A DNA stretch of 63,885 bases, counting the filler, from Octopus bimaculoides (Eukaryota), in NCBI RefSeq assembly GCF_001194135.2. It is 6 parts of 5 records of this genome, joined end to end, with 100 filler letters (N's around TTAATTAATTAA, not from the genome) between each part and the next. Parts side by side here need not be neighbours in the genome. Positions count along the whole stretch, not along the records: positions 6,447 to 16,457 come from NC_068990.1; positions 16,558 to 18,984 come from NC_069000.1; positions 19,085 to 33,925 come from NC_068990.1; 3 more parts are not named here. One strand, written 5' to 3'. Shown here in pieces: positions 13,089-25,562 of the stretch. Below the pieces are notes generated by a model. That model did not search any database. It worked only from the letters and a program-made list of their open reading frames with translations, and was not told the DNA's origin. The number at the start of each line of letters is the position of its first letter. The first letter of the stretch is position 1. The position numbers and the translations under genes are program-made.

Positions 13089-16010
13089 TATTGGTGTATT
13101 GGAGTTCTACGATGCAAATGATCTTATGGTTTGTAATACTAACTTCACGAAACCTATTCACCTACCGATCTGGTGGACACACTAGTCAAATTGATTACAA
13201 TTTCGTCAGGAAATGGGAAAGATGGCTACTTATAAATGCTAAAACCTTCCTGGGTGAAGAATGCACCCAACAACATAGATTAGTTGTTAGCAACTTCAGG
13301 ATCAGGGCTAAATAGATGCTCAGAAAATGACCACCATGGAGAAGAAGGGTCTGGAAGCTTAAGAATCCTGTGAATGGACAGAGATTTAGAGATGTATTAC
13401 TCGAAGCTTTTGACAAAATAGTGGGGGATATAGCATCACATGATGTGGAAGACAACTGCAGGTTTCTATGGGACAACCTGATGAGGGCTACTGACCAGAT
13501 ATGTGGCTGGTGCAAAGTCCCCTCTCGACCCAAAGTAACGTGGTGGTGGCACAATGTAGTTGACAGGGCCATTAGGAAAAAGGAACAGGCATGGAAGGAC
13601 TGGAAGAATGGTGGCAGCAGGAATTGGATCAGATTGCCAGAAGAGAAGCTCGGAGAGAGGTCTACTTAGCCAGAAGTGAAGCAGATAAGAAAAAATTTGT
13701 CAATGTTCTGCATCATGAGGACCAAAAACTTGAAGTGTTTCGTGTTGCAAGACAGTGTGTGAGAGAGAATTGTGATGTCATAGAAGAGAAATGTGTTTGC
13801 ATAGATGATGGCTCACTTGCATTTAATGAGGTTGCAAAGAGAGAGACTTGGAGATGCCATTATAAAAGGTTGCTAAATGAAGAGAATGAACGGGAGAAAG
13901 AGAGTCTGCTGAATGTCGACCCAGCAGAGGGACCAACTATCTGAATTGACAGTACCTTGGTAGATAAAGAAATTAAGGATATGAAGACAAGTAAAACCCC
14001 TGACCCATCAGAAATCAACACAGAGGTTCTTCAAATATCTGGCGGTGTCAGCTATAGTCTAGTCACCTGTATAGTCAATCAGGGGATACATGGAGACATA
14101 CCCAATGACTGGTGTAGCAGCACCATAGTCAACTGCTAAAGGTGATGCATTAGATATGAATAATTACAGAGGTATCAAGTTGTTGAATCAGGTAATGAAA
14201 GTCACAGCCCAACTAATTAGGGAGAGAGTCAGTTTAGATGAGATACAGTTTCGGTTTGTGCCAGGGAAAAGCACCACTGACAGCTGCAGGAGAAATACCT
14301 AGCCAAAGATAAACATCTGTATTTGGCTTTCATTGACATGGAGAAAGCCTCTGACAGGGTCCCCTGATCCCTTATCTGGTGGTCAATGTGGAAACTAGTG
14401 ATAGATTAGTGGCTAGTGAGCACTGTACAAGCCATGTACAGGGATGCTGTCAGTAAGGTGAGGGTTAGCAATGAGTACAGTGAAGAATTCCGGGTAGGGG
14501 TAGGAGTCCACCAAGGATCAGTCTCCAGCCCCCTCTTGTTCATCATAGTCCTCCAGGCAATAACAGAGGAATTCCAAACAGGATGCCCCTGGGAGCATCT
14601 GCATGCTGATAACCTTGCTCTAATAGCTGAGTTACTATCAGAACTAGAGGAGAAGTTTCAGGTGTAGAAGCAAGGTCTAGAACCAAAGGGTCTTAGAGTC
14701 AATTGAGCAAAAACCAAACTATTAATAAGTTGGAAAGCAGAAAAATCACAAATCCCTTCAGGTAGATGATCCTGCTCAATCTGTAATAAAGGTGTAGGTA
14801 GAAACTCCATAAGGTGTACCTGGTGTAAGCTATTGACACATAAGAGGTGCAGCATTATCAACGGAAGGTTAACTGGGAAGATAGTTCTTGTGTGTGGCAA
14901 ATGCTCAGGGGCAATAAACACTGAAAATGTGCAGAAAACAGCTTCTGTCACATTCCAGAGGGAAAAAAACTACAAGTAGTTGATAGCTTCCGTTACCTAG
15001 GTGACCAAGACAGTAGCAGGGGTGGATGCTCTGAAAATGTAGCTGCTAGAATAAGAATAGCCTGGGCAAAGTTCAGAGAGCTCTTACCTCTGCTGATGAC
15101 AAAGGCTTCTCGCTCAGAGTAAAAGGTAGACTGTATGACGCATGTGTACGAACAGCCGTGCTACATGGCAGTGAAACATGGGCCATGACTGCTGAGGACA
15201 TGCATAAGCTTGCAAGGAATAAAGCTAATATGCTCCGCTGGATGTGCAATGTCAGTGTGCATACACAACAGAGTGTAAGTGACCTAAGAGAAAAGCTGGA
15301 CATAAGAAGCATCAGATGTGGTGTGCAAGAGAGACGACTGCATTGGTATGGTCATGTGCTGTGTATGGATGAGGACAGCTGCGTGAAAAAGTGTCACACC
15401 CCAGTAATAGAGGGAATCTCTGGGAGAAGTAGACCCAGGAAGACCTGGGATGAGGTGGAGAAGCACGACATCCGAACATTGGGCCTCACCGAGGCAATGA
15501 AAAGAGACCGAGACCTTGAGAAGACTCGGTAAGCCAAGTGAGACTGTAACTGTGACCTATGCCAGTGCAGCATAATTAGTCCCTTTAAGAGTACCCTTCA
15601 ATCCTTAGGTAATAAACTGTGCTTGCAAAGACCTGTTGACACAAGTGAAGTCATTGTCGTGGCTGATGACAATACTGCTTGATTGGCACCCGTGCCGGTG
15701 GTACGTAAAGTACCATTTGAGCATGGTTGATGTCAGTGCCACCTGACTGGTCCCATGCCAGTGGCATGTAAAAAGCAAAATTCAAGTGTGGTCCATGCCA
15801 GTACCGCCTGACTGGCCCTCGTGTCGGTGGCACATAAAATCAGCCATTACACTCTTGGAGTGGTTGGCATTAGGAAGGGCATCCAGTTGTAGAAACTTTG
15901 CCAGATCAGATTGGAACTTGGTACAGCCTTCTGGCTTGCCAGCCCTCAGTCAAACCGTCCAACCTATGCCGGCATGGAAAGCAGATGTTAAATAATGATG
16001 ATGATGATGA
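13089..16010 (+). mobile_element. RTE-clade LINE, 5'-truncated and degenerate (end of endonuclease, RT, 3' UTR, (GAT)n tail)
   Basis: Frameshifted fragments: TYRSGGHTSQIDY (EN C-term), NYRGIKLL, FIDMEKA.DRVP, VGVHQGSVSSPLLF, HLHADNLAL (decayed YADD), LHGSETW, RRLHWYGHVL, RPRKTWDEV. The 3' UTR ends gatgttaaataatgatgatgatgat. Confidence 0.93.
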
Positions 16011-16070
16011 TAAAAATATTAAAAGTGAAAGAATGAAAGTGAAACTATTTATAACTTACTACATATATAT

Positions 16071-16101
<31 letters not shown>

Positions 16102-16557
16102 AAGTGTAGTATATTGCCACTTAAGTGTGGCTGACCCCTAGGGGTGGATGTTACTGTTGCTTTTAGCCCCAGGAGGACATCTCCTCCAGCTGGCTTATCG
16201 ACACACGACTGTGTCCTGTTTGCCAAGGGAAGTTATCCCTCTCACCTCGATCTGCAGCACGAACGTATCCGGATTTCAGGGTTATTTCCCTTCGTCGGCG
16301 TCCGACAGCTGATGACCTTGGTGAGAGAGACAAAAACCTGGCAAACTTATATCTTCTTTTCCAGTGAAATTCTTCACTGATATTGAAAAGGTGAAAACAA
16401 GCAATGTTAATTCTCTAAATGAAGTATTAACAGTAACTGCACGATAAAGTGTAGTATNNNNNNNNNNNNNNNNNNNNNNNNNNNNNNNNNNNNNNNNNNN
16501 NTTAATTAATTAANNNNNNNNNNNNNNNNNNNNNNNNNNNNNNNNNNNNNNNNNNNN

Positions 16558-16588
<31 letters not shown>

Positions 16589-18129
16589 GCACGCATTCAT
16601 ATGAAATGTATGAACATACAGAAAGTCACAAATGATAGAGAAATTATTTAATGAAATTTTATTTAACTTCGCGAAAATTCTAATTTCACGCAAGCTTGTT
16701 TTGTAACTTAAAAACATGCAAATTATTCATATTATTATATTTAATAATAAATAAACTAACTACATGTCTGCATCAATACAAAATACAAAAAATTCCTTCA
16801 AAATAATGCAAGATTTAAGCTACCTCCTCAGGTGAAAGAGAAGCTGTTAAACATATATATACACACACACATAACACATACACACACCTAATATATATGT
16901 TCAGGTGCAAATTAATGCAAAAACCAATCTTCAAACAGTGAAACTGTAACTCAAGCTGTTTTATTTGTCCTCCATATGTCTGTAATTGCTGGGATTTTTT
17001 TCGAGCCTTTTCGGTCTTCATGGAATTTGGATACGATATACAAGCGTAAGTCTTATAGTCTCCATCTGCATTCTCTCCAAGAAATGGCGTTAAATGGACT
17101 TTAACAGCATTAGAAACTGCCTCTTTTTTAAAAAATATTTTGCTTGTTTCCGCCATTAGTCTCCGGCCATGCTGTGGTACTGCCTTGAAGAATTTTTAGT
17201 CGAATGAATCGACTCCAACATATATATAGTAGCTAAAGCCCAAATAGTAAAACAGTGTCTTTAAGTCAGTATGAGAGGTACACGTAAGTCTATGGTTACG
17301 GGTATTTATCGTAATACAACAGTATTTCAAAAGTCTTAGAGTGCTTTTAGTAAATTAGAAGATGTACACCAAGATGAAAGAGGCTAAATTAGCTTAGCAG
17401 GAACGGACTTATATATATATATATATATATATATTAAATATATACTTTTATAAAACAAATTTTACAAAATATATAGTGTCTGTTAACAGTCTTAGCCAAA
17501 AACTCACAGTTGAGTTTTTGTGTATATATATGTATACATGTCTCTTAAAGGATAGAGCTCAAAATCAATGCATTGAAGATACTTTATTGCAGCAACAATT
17601 ATAATAACAGAAACAACCACAATAAGCCAAACCTATGCACATTTCAATAGGGTATCCCGGAAAAATAAACCACATCATCAGATGTCTCGTAAAATATTGT
17701 AACAAATNNNNNNNNNNNNNNNNNNNNNNNNNNNNNNNNNNNNNNNNNNNNNNNNNNNNNNNNNNNNNNNNNNNNNNNNNNNNNNNNNNNNNNNNNNNNN
17801 NNNNNNNNNNNNNNNNNNNNNNNNNNNNNNNNNNNNNNNNNNNNNNNNNNNNNNNNNNNNNNNNNNNNNNNNNNNNNNNNNNNNNNNNNNNNNNNNNNNN
17901 NNNNNNNNNNNNNNNNNNNNNNNNNNNNNNNNNNNNNNNNNNNNNNNNNNNNNNNNNNNNNNNNNNNNNNNNNNNNNNNNNNNNNNNNNNNNNNNNNNNN
18001 NNNNNNNNNNNNNNNNNNNNNNNNNNNNNNNNNNNNNNNNNNNNNNNNNNNNNNNNNNNNNNNNNNNNNNNNNNNNNNNNNNNNNNNNNNNNNNNNNNNN
18101 NNNNNNNNNNNNNNNNNNNNNNNNNNNNN

Positions 18130-18162
<33 letters not shown>

Positions 18163-18759
18163 TGTATGCATATATCTTAAAATACAACACTTAACAACGT
18201 AACTCTATATCTTTTTTCTACCCCTCTGAAGAGATTTTGCCTAATATAATGATTTCATTAATTACTTTTGAATCTATTAGGCCTAATTGAAATAGCTGTA
18301 AGGGACCATGTTTGATTTTTACACATGATAATTTTTTACCAAATGTTATATCTCCATTTTCTTACTTCTTTGTATACATACATAAATACTGTGTGACATC
18401 TTGCGTAAGCGTCAACTATTGTAGACCTGAGCCGACTAATGTCTTAGCGAATTTGATAAACGGAAACTGTTTGAAATCTCGTCATGTATGAAATCTCGCC
18501 TCCCCCTCCCCGATGTTATCCAAAGAAGAGACAAAGGCCGATACAGCTTGGCACCAACTCGTTTCTATAGTCTCCTGAACTGGAGCAACGTGAAATAAAG
18601 AGACTTGCTCAAAAACCACATCAGACAGCCCGGTCCGGGAATCGAACTCACTACCTCCTGATATGTGATCCCATCGCTGTAACCACCGAACCATGCACCT
18701 TTGAAAGATAAACGATAAAATAAGACAATTGTCAGTGATTGCCTTTATATATACTCTTT

Positions 18760-18960
18760 ACTCTTTTTTACTTGTTTCAGTCTTTTGACTGTGGCCATGC
18801 TGGAGCACCGCCTTTTAGTCGAGCAAATCGACCCCAGGACTTATTCTTTAGAAGCCTAGTACTTATTCTATCGATTCTTTTGCCGAACCGCTAAGTTACG
18901 GGGACATAAACACACCAGCATCGGTTGTCAAGCGATGTTGGGGGGACAAACACACACAAA
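18760..18960 (-). mobile_element. SINE 3' half, truncated by a gap
   Basis: Reverse complement of the SINE tail: ttttacttgtttcagtc..ttgactgtggccatgctggagcaccgcc...cgaaccgctaagttacgggg. Confidence 0.85.
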
Positions 18961-19364
18961 CATACACACACACACACACACACANNNNNNNNNNNNNNNN
19001 NNNNNNNNNNNNNNNNNNNNNNNNNNNNTTAATTAATTAANNNNNNNNNNNNNNNNNNNNNNNNNNNNNNNNNNNNNNNNNNNNATATATACATACATAC
19101 ATACATAAATTCATGCATACACGTTATGTGAAACAATAAAAATCTGCAAGACCTTTTTAAGATTTAAAGGATGATGAACGAAACAAGATGCTTTCTTTCA
19201 CAACCTTACTACCAAATAGGTGGCTGGTCAAAATTTACTCAAATTAAAAAGAGAAAGAGTACAAAAATACATACAAATATACATACATGGTAATATATAC
19301 ATGTATGTAAACACACACACACACACGGACAGACAGACAGATAAATAGACAGACAGACAGACAA

Positions 19365-19400
<36 letters not shown>

Positions 19401-21795
19401 ACCTGCATACATAAACCCATGTAAACTATTAAGTATGATATTGACACACGCATTAATACAAAATCTTTTTATATCTTAACAAAATATTACGCTTGTTTAA
19501 TTATTTTGTGACTTGAATCGTTTACGTTTTAGTTTCCTATATGACAATTAATTAAACTAGCAGATTTATAAGTACATAGTTTATTGTACTGCAGAAGAGC
19601 AGGTAGACGTCTGCTAAACGTGGATCATTTGTACAGCTTGGGAAAGTGAGCATAGAGTTACCTCCCTTACAATACTGATCCTGTTAGGCTGATTCAAGCA
19701 AAATTGAGTTTTAGCTCTTGGAAAAGCACTTTGCTTCTCATGAAAAAATAACTTATCTATAAGAGTATTATTCGAATATTTCTTTGTAAACTTTGTTTCA
19801 GTAAAGCAAAGAATATTTTCAAGTTTTGTTAGTTGTCAAGTGGAAATAAAACCCCGAAAGAAATTTGGATTTCCCATATATTCTATTTATATTAAAATTA
19901 CCAATATGTTTGTAAATTCATTTGTGTTTTTCTTTTTTTAAATTCATTTGTATTTAAATACTTGTTTATGTGATTTTCTAAGTGCTTATTTAATTATTTA
20001 ACTATTCATTAAAAAATTATGTAACTTATTAAAAAATACTAATTCATTTTGTTTGGCCTGGGCCAGTATGAATAGAAAGCTACTTTTGAAGATAACAATG
20101 TCAATTTGATATCGTCTCCAAAAAGATGAAACAAAAGATAATAAACAAAGATATCTATTTTATAGTCGATTACCTTTCATATATAAAATATATATTTATA
20201 GAAAACACTTTCAATACAGTAGCAAGATAAGATATGTTTTCATATACGAAATCTATTCACTAAACTACAATAAAGTATTTGCCTTACGTTATCGCTCTTC
20301 GTTTATTGTCAGATTTATATCAGCCCAGGTTTTATGTGAGGAATCTGAATGGGTATTTACAACTCAATGAAGGACTGTATGATACTGGTTATATTAAATG
20401 ATGACTATATCGATGATCTCAATAGAGTTTGAACTCATAATTCTTTGGTTACTGATCAATAGTTATCCCCTTATATGAAATTTAAATTCGTTCGTTTGCT
20501 TTATGTCTCAATTGATAAAGAATAATGTCATTACTTACAAGATTCACACAGGTCAATCTGTGGGTCATGACATTTCTGAGTGATATGGAAACCTGTGTAA
20601 CTTGGTGGAGAAAGGAAGACTTCGAGGGCCTTCCCGTTTTTCCATGTTGCTTACTTCCGTAGTTGATATACGACAGAAGATAAAAACGTACACACATATT
20701 GTTCTCTTTTACTTTCATTCTATCACTTGTTTCATTCGACCAATTGCAACTATGCTGGGTTGTCTTAATGGGGTTAGTCGAGATCAAATCCACTCCAGTA
20801 TTTATTTCAAGCTGGGTACTGAGTCAATCGATTAAAGACTTTTTTTTTATGCCGGACCACTCATTTACGGAATTGTAAACATACCAACACAGATCGTCGA
20901 GCGGCGAGAAACAAGCACATAGATAAACACATACTCCCATATATATATANNNNNNNNNNNNNNNNNNNNNNNNNNNNNNNNNNNNNNNNNNNNNNNNNNN
21001 NNNNNNNNNNNNNNNNNNNNNNNNNNNNNNNNNNNNNNNNNNNNNNNNNNNNNNNNNTTCCACGTGTGATTATAACAAGCATACTTACACGTGTATCTAT
21101 ATATATAAGCCCTTCATCCAGCTTTCTCGTCAAGATTTCCCCACAACACTTCATTTCTCTAACTGCAGCTCTTTTTTTAATACCACATATCTGTCTCACT
21201 ACTTGGATCCATTTCTCTTGATATCCATCGTTCGGCTTTAATGCTGTCCCCACCACCAGCATTTTACATTGATCATCTTTCATCTTCTCTGAGGCACCAA
21301 ATTATCTCTCGTCCACCCATCATACCTCTCTCACTCATCTTATGCACTACCCTTTCCTCTCTCCCACCACATCCTTGCAACCTACCATACTATACAACAC
21401 CACCCTCTCCCTCACTCCTTGTATGTCTGTCTCCCCCATCACTCTCTCATCCTTCCCTATCTGTTGTATTATCACTATTATTCTGTTGATCTTCTATGGG
21501 GAAATAGTAAGTATGTTTTATATATATGAAGCATTACTANNNNNNNNNNNNNNNNNNNNNNNNNNNNNNNNNNNNNNNNNNNNNNNNNNNNNNNNNNNNN
21601 NNNNNNNNNNNNNNNNNNNNNNNNNNNNNNNNNNNNNNNTATATATATATATACATATACACATATATATATACATATATACATATATAGTTATATATAT
21701 TCATATATATATATGTATGTATATATATCTATATGTATGTATGTATATATATATATATATATATTCATACATACATGCATACATGCATACATACA

Positions 21796-21823
<28 letters not shown>

Positions 21824-21826
<3 letters not shown>

Positions 21827-22751
21827 TGGGTCATCCTATAAATAATGTGGTCTTTTTGTACTTCTTTTATTTTTCAAAATTAAGATAAACAAAATTCTTT
21901 TTTAATCTAAAATATACTCTTCTCCATTTTCTACAATGCTCTTCCATCCATCTGGTAGACTTGCAAGGCCCCTCTTCTTAAATTCACTTGTTTGGGATGA
22001 AAAATACTCCTCTTGTACTGTTCTCCCCTCGTCTACAGAGTTCATATATTTTCTGTCCAAAATATATTGAAGACTGCAGAATAAATGATAATCAGATTGG
22101 GCAATGTCCAGCAAATATGATGGGTGGGGCATCGTTCCTCATTCAAACTGCTCCAGCCTTTGGAATGTCATCCTTGTTGTATGTGGCCGAGCATTATCTT
22201 GATGGAAGAACACCTTTTGTCTTGAAACCATAGATGGTTGTTTTTCTTCTAGCGCAGATGTCAATGAATGTTTAAATTACCAAATCCAAGCTTCTCTGCT
22301 AGTTCCTCAACAGTTGCAATGGGATATTGTTCCACCAGGGTTTGCAGGATGTCCTTGTCAAGCTCTACAGATCTTCCGGGATGAGGCTTATCTTCTACGC
22401 TGTAGTTTCTGGTTTGGAATTTCTGGAACCACCATTGACACTGGCTTATGCTTAATACCCGATCCCCATATACTGCATTAATATTCTTCACACTTTCTCT
22501 TGCAGTGTTGCCTTTATTAAACTCATAAAAATAAAATATGCTGAATATGCCCATTTGCCACTTCCATTATAGCTTTGAAAAAGTAACTGTTAAAATCGAA
22601 CTGCACTCTTCAAAACTTGCACTAAGAATAAGTACAAGGTGAAATTACTACCTTGTTCTATAGCAAGTTGATGCAGGTGGTTTATCCCACCCCCTCCAAC
22701 TTTTAGCTCATGCAATTGAAAGAGCCACATTATTTATGGGATGACCCAATA
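21824..22751 (-). mobile_element. Mariner (DD34D-type) element, internally deleted, both TIRs present
   Basis: Left end TATTGGGTCATCCTATAAATAATGTGG, right end CCACATTATTTATGGGATGACCCAATA, with TA at each side. Transposase remnants include an HTH N-term (FYEFNKGNTARESVKNINAVYGD) and PHPSYLLDIAQSDYHLF (decayed HPPYSPDLAPSDYHLF). Confidence 0.92.
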
Positions 22752-23858
22752 CATACATATGAAGAGAGAGGGAGAAATAGGGAGATATATATATAAAGTT
22801 TTGCTTGCAAAGTACTAAAGAAAATAAAATAATGAAATAGCTAAATAGAAAACTTAAGTGCCAGAAGGTCTTTTATTTTCAAAGACTAGAATTTAGCATC
22901 AGACTTTCTAATTTATCATCATTTCAGATAACTTAGATTTGATTTTTAGAGCTTCGCAGCATTAATTTACAGTCATCTTGATCTGAAATTACATTGGTTT
23001 ATTTAGTTCTTCTCTTTGAAAATATTATTCCTGTAGTCTTTTATTTCTAACATATCAGATATAGTAGAATGGCACAATGAAATAAAATGATATTCTCTTA
23101 TATTTTAAGTTGGTTTCTTCAGGCTATAGAAAATAATCTAGACAGGCAATATAAATAAATATCTACTGAAAATTATTTCTGAAAATTCACTATTTCTGCT
23201 GCTCTGGTCTGATTTATATGTTTTAGAAATAATTTAAGAAAGCTTCCTGTTTTATATTATGTAGTATGTCTTTTATATTTTTCATAGATAATATCATACA
23301 TACACATTATCTATCTATATACGTGTATATATATTTATATGTATATACGTGTGTGTGTGTGAGTGTGTGTGTATATATATACATATATATATAGTGTATA
23401 ATGTCTGTCTGTCTCTCTATGTGTGTGTGTGTATGCACATACATATATCATAAATATATATGTTTACTTGTAAACAGAGTATGACCAAATGGTTAAGCAG
23501 CTTGCTTTGTAGTTATAAAGTACCAGGTTCAATACCACAGTTGGGTAACTTCGGCGAGAGTAATTTTCAGCAGTCTCATATTGACCCAAATCTTCTAAGT
23601 ATAATTGAATAGATGAAAATTGTATGAAGCTTGTTAGATTGGTTGCACCTGTAATTTTAAGAGACACACCATATCAGATGGAGTCTATGTGAGAGTTATG
23701 CTCAGTGTGCACATGTCTGTGGAATACTCTGCCACTTACATGTTTATTCAATGAGCAGTGAATTCAGTTTAGTAAACAACAGAATCCTCATGATGCAAAC
23801 CAACTCTGATCCATTTTATAATATGAATACTTCATTGTGCTTGAGGGCCTGCCTATGT

Positions 23859-24221
23859 CAGTGGTTTCCAACCATTTTTTTTTCACCTATGGACACCTTT
23901 GGTTCCTATTTAACTCGGATGGACACTCAGAACTATTCAATGTTTAAAAAATCTTGTTATATTTCTATAATTGAATATTATTAGGAATTGTATAAAAAAA
24001 AAACCATTGTTAAAATATTTTGTGTTTGCAGAAGTACAACCAGTTTATTGCCAATAAACTTTAGCATCAAAATCTTATATGGATCCCTAAGGGTCATATA
24101 GACTCCAATTGGGAACTACTTGTCTATGTAGTATATATGGATCCCTAAGGGTCATATATTTTAGTATCAAAATCTTATATGGATCCCTAAGGGCCATATA
24201 GACCCCAATTGGGAACTACTG
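23859..24221. mobile_element. hAT-type MITE with 8 bp TSD
   Basis: Termini CAGTGGTTTCCAA and TTGGGAACTACTG, with a perfect GCCTATGT duplication at 23851-23858 and 24222-24229. Confidence 0.85.
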
Positions 24222-24239
24222 GCCTATGTAGTATAAAAG

Positions 24240-24625
24240 TTAGTCTGCAGTGAATGTTGAGCGTCCTATATTGGGAGCAGCACCAGGAAACTGCACATCT
24301 GCAGCATAATACACATATGCTTAGACACTTCAGTCAAAAAACACCATCAAAAGTGCCAGGCACAGGATTTTGCAGTATCCATCCAGGTCACTCAATGCAA
24401 TAGAGTCATTCTCAAAATCATGGACTCTCTCCTTTGTCAACAAATTGAGACTAGCTATACATAACAGAAAAGAGAGCTACTTAAAGCACACTGGTCACTA
24501 TAGCAATACCAATTGGCTCATGTCACCATCCTCCCCCGCACATCTGAGCATCGACCTTTTTCCATCTCTCACTTCTCACATGTCCTGAAGAAGAGGTCAT
24601 AACTCTGAAACATAGAAATATCAAG
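24240..24625 (+). mobile_element. Penelope-like 3' remnant: GIY-YIG fragment plus decayed hammerhead core
   Basis: Frame reading YIGSSTRKLHI from about 24268. CTGAAGA-AGAG-gtcataa-CTCT-GAAAC at 24585-24611. Confidence 0.6.
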
Positions 24626-25524
24626 TAAAACTCCAACTTTGTTTAGCTTTCTTTTTGTGTTTACTTTATATCTCAACTCACATTGTTCTAGCCTTAACCA
24701 ACAAGTTTCTTTTATATATATATATATATATAACTGCCCTAACTCTTCGAAACGCCAGTGTTAGAATGGTGGCAGCTGATGAAGGAAATGCTCTCTATGT
24801 GGCCTGTGTGTTTTCTGTACTCTGTTTATCATTTTGTCTACGTTTTGTTTGCAACGTCCTGTACCCAGATATGCATCTATATATACAGGTAGATGTAGGT
24901 ATGTACATACATGTACATATATATGCATATACTCATTTATTATATATATATATATATATATATATATNNNNNNNNNNNNNNNNNNNNNNNNNNNNNNNNN
25001 NNNNNNNNNNNNNNNNNNNNNNNNNNNNNNNNNNNNNNNNNNNNNNNNNNNNNNNNNNNNNNNNNNNNNNNNNNNNNNNNNNNNNNNNNNNNNNNNNNNN
25101 NNNNNNNNNNNNNNNNNNNNNNNNNNNNNNNNNNNNNNNNNNNNNNNNNNNNNNNNNNNNNNNNNNNNNNNNNNNNNNNNNNNNNNNNNNNNNNNNNNNN
25201 NNNNNNNNNNNNNNNNNNNNNNNNNNNNNNNNNNNNNNNNNNNNNNNNNNNNNNNNNNNNNNNNNNNNNNNNNNNNNNNNNNNNNNNNNNNNNNNNNNNN
25301 NNNNNNNNNNNNNNNNNNNNNNNNNNNNNNNNNNNNNNNNNNNNNNNNNNNNNNNNNNNNNNNNNNNNNNNNNNNNNNNNNNNNNNNNNNNNNNNNNNNN
25401 NNNNNNNNNNNNNNNNNNNNNNNNNNNNNNNNNNNNNNNNNNNNNNNNNNNNNNNNNNNNNNNNNNNNNNNNNNNNNNNNNNNNNNNNNNNNNNNNNNNN
25501 NNNNNNNNNNNNNNNNNNNNNNNN

Positions 25525-25562
<38 letters not shown>

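Noticed and set aside
16160-16230. Intact HDV-like ribozyme
   Set aside because: A P3/L3-like core is present, but P1 lacks the +1 G and no J4/2 catalytic strand could be placed. Kept only as a structured-repeat finding.
16970-17045. Plus-strand donor C|GTAAGT after a possible MSVIAGIFFEPF... frame
   Set aside because: All frames from the upstream acceptor hit stops and there is no partner exon, so support is too weak.
16815-17156. ORF starting MAETSK..., which looks like a first coding exon
   Set aside because: The ATG and first codons come from a SINE tail (aatgactgaaacaag gives MTETSK, also seen at 13004 and 53479). The remainder has no recognisable homology or clear donor.
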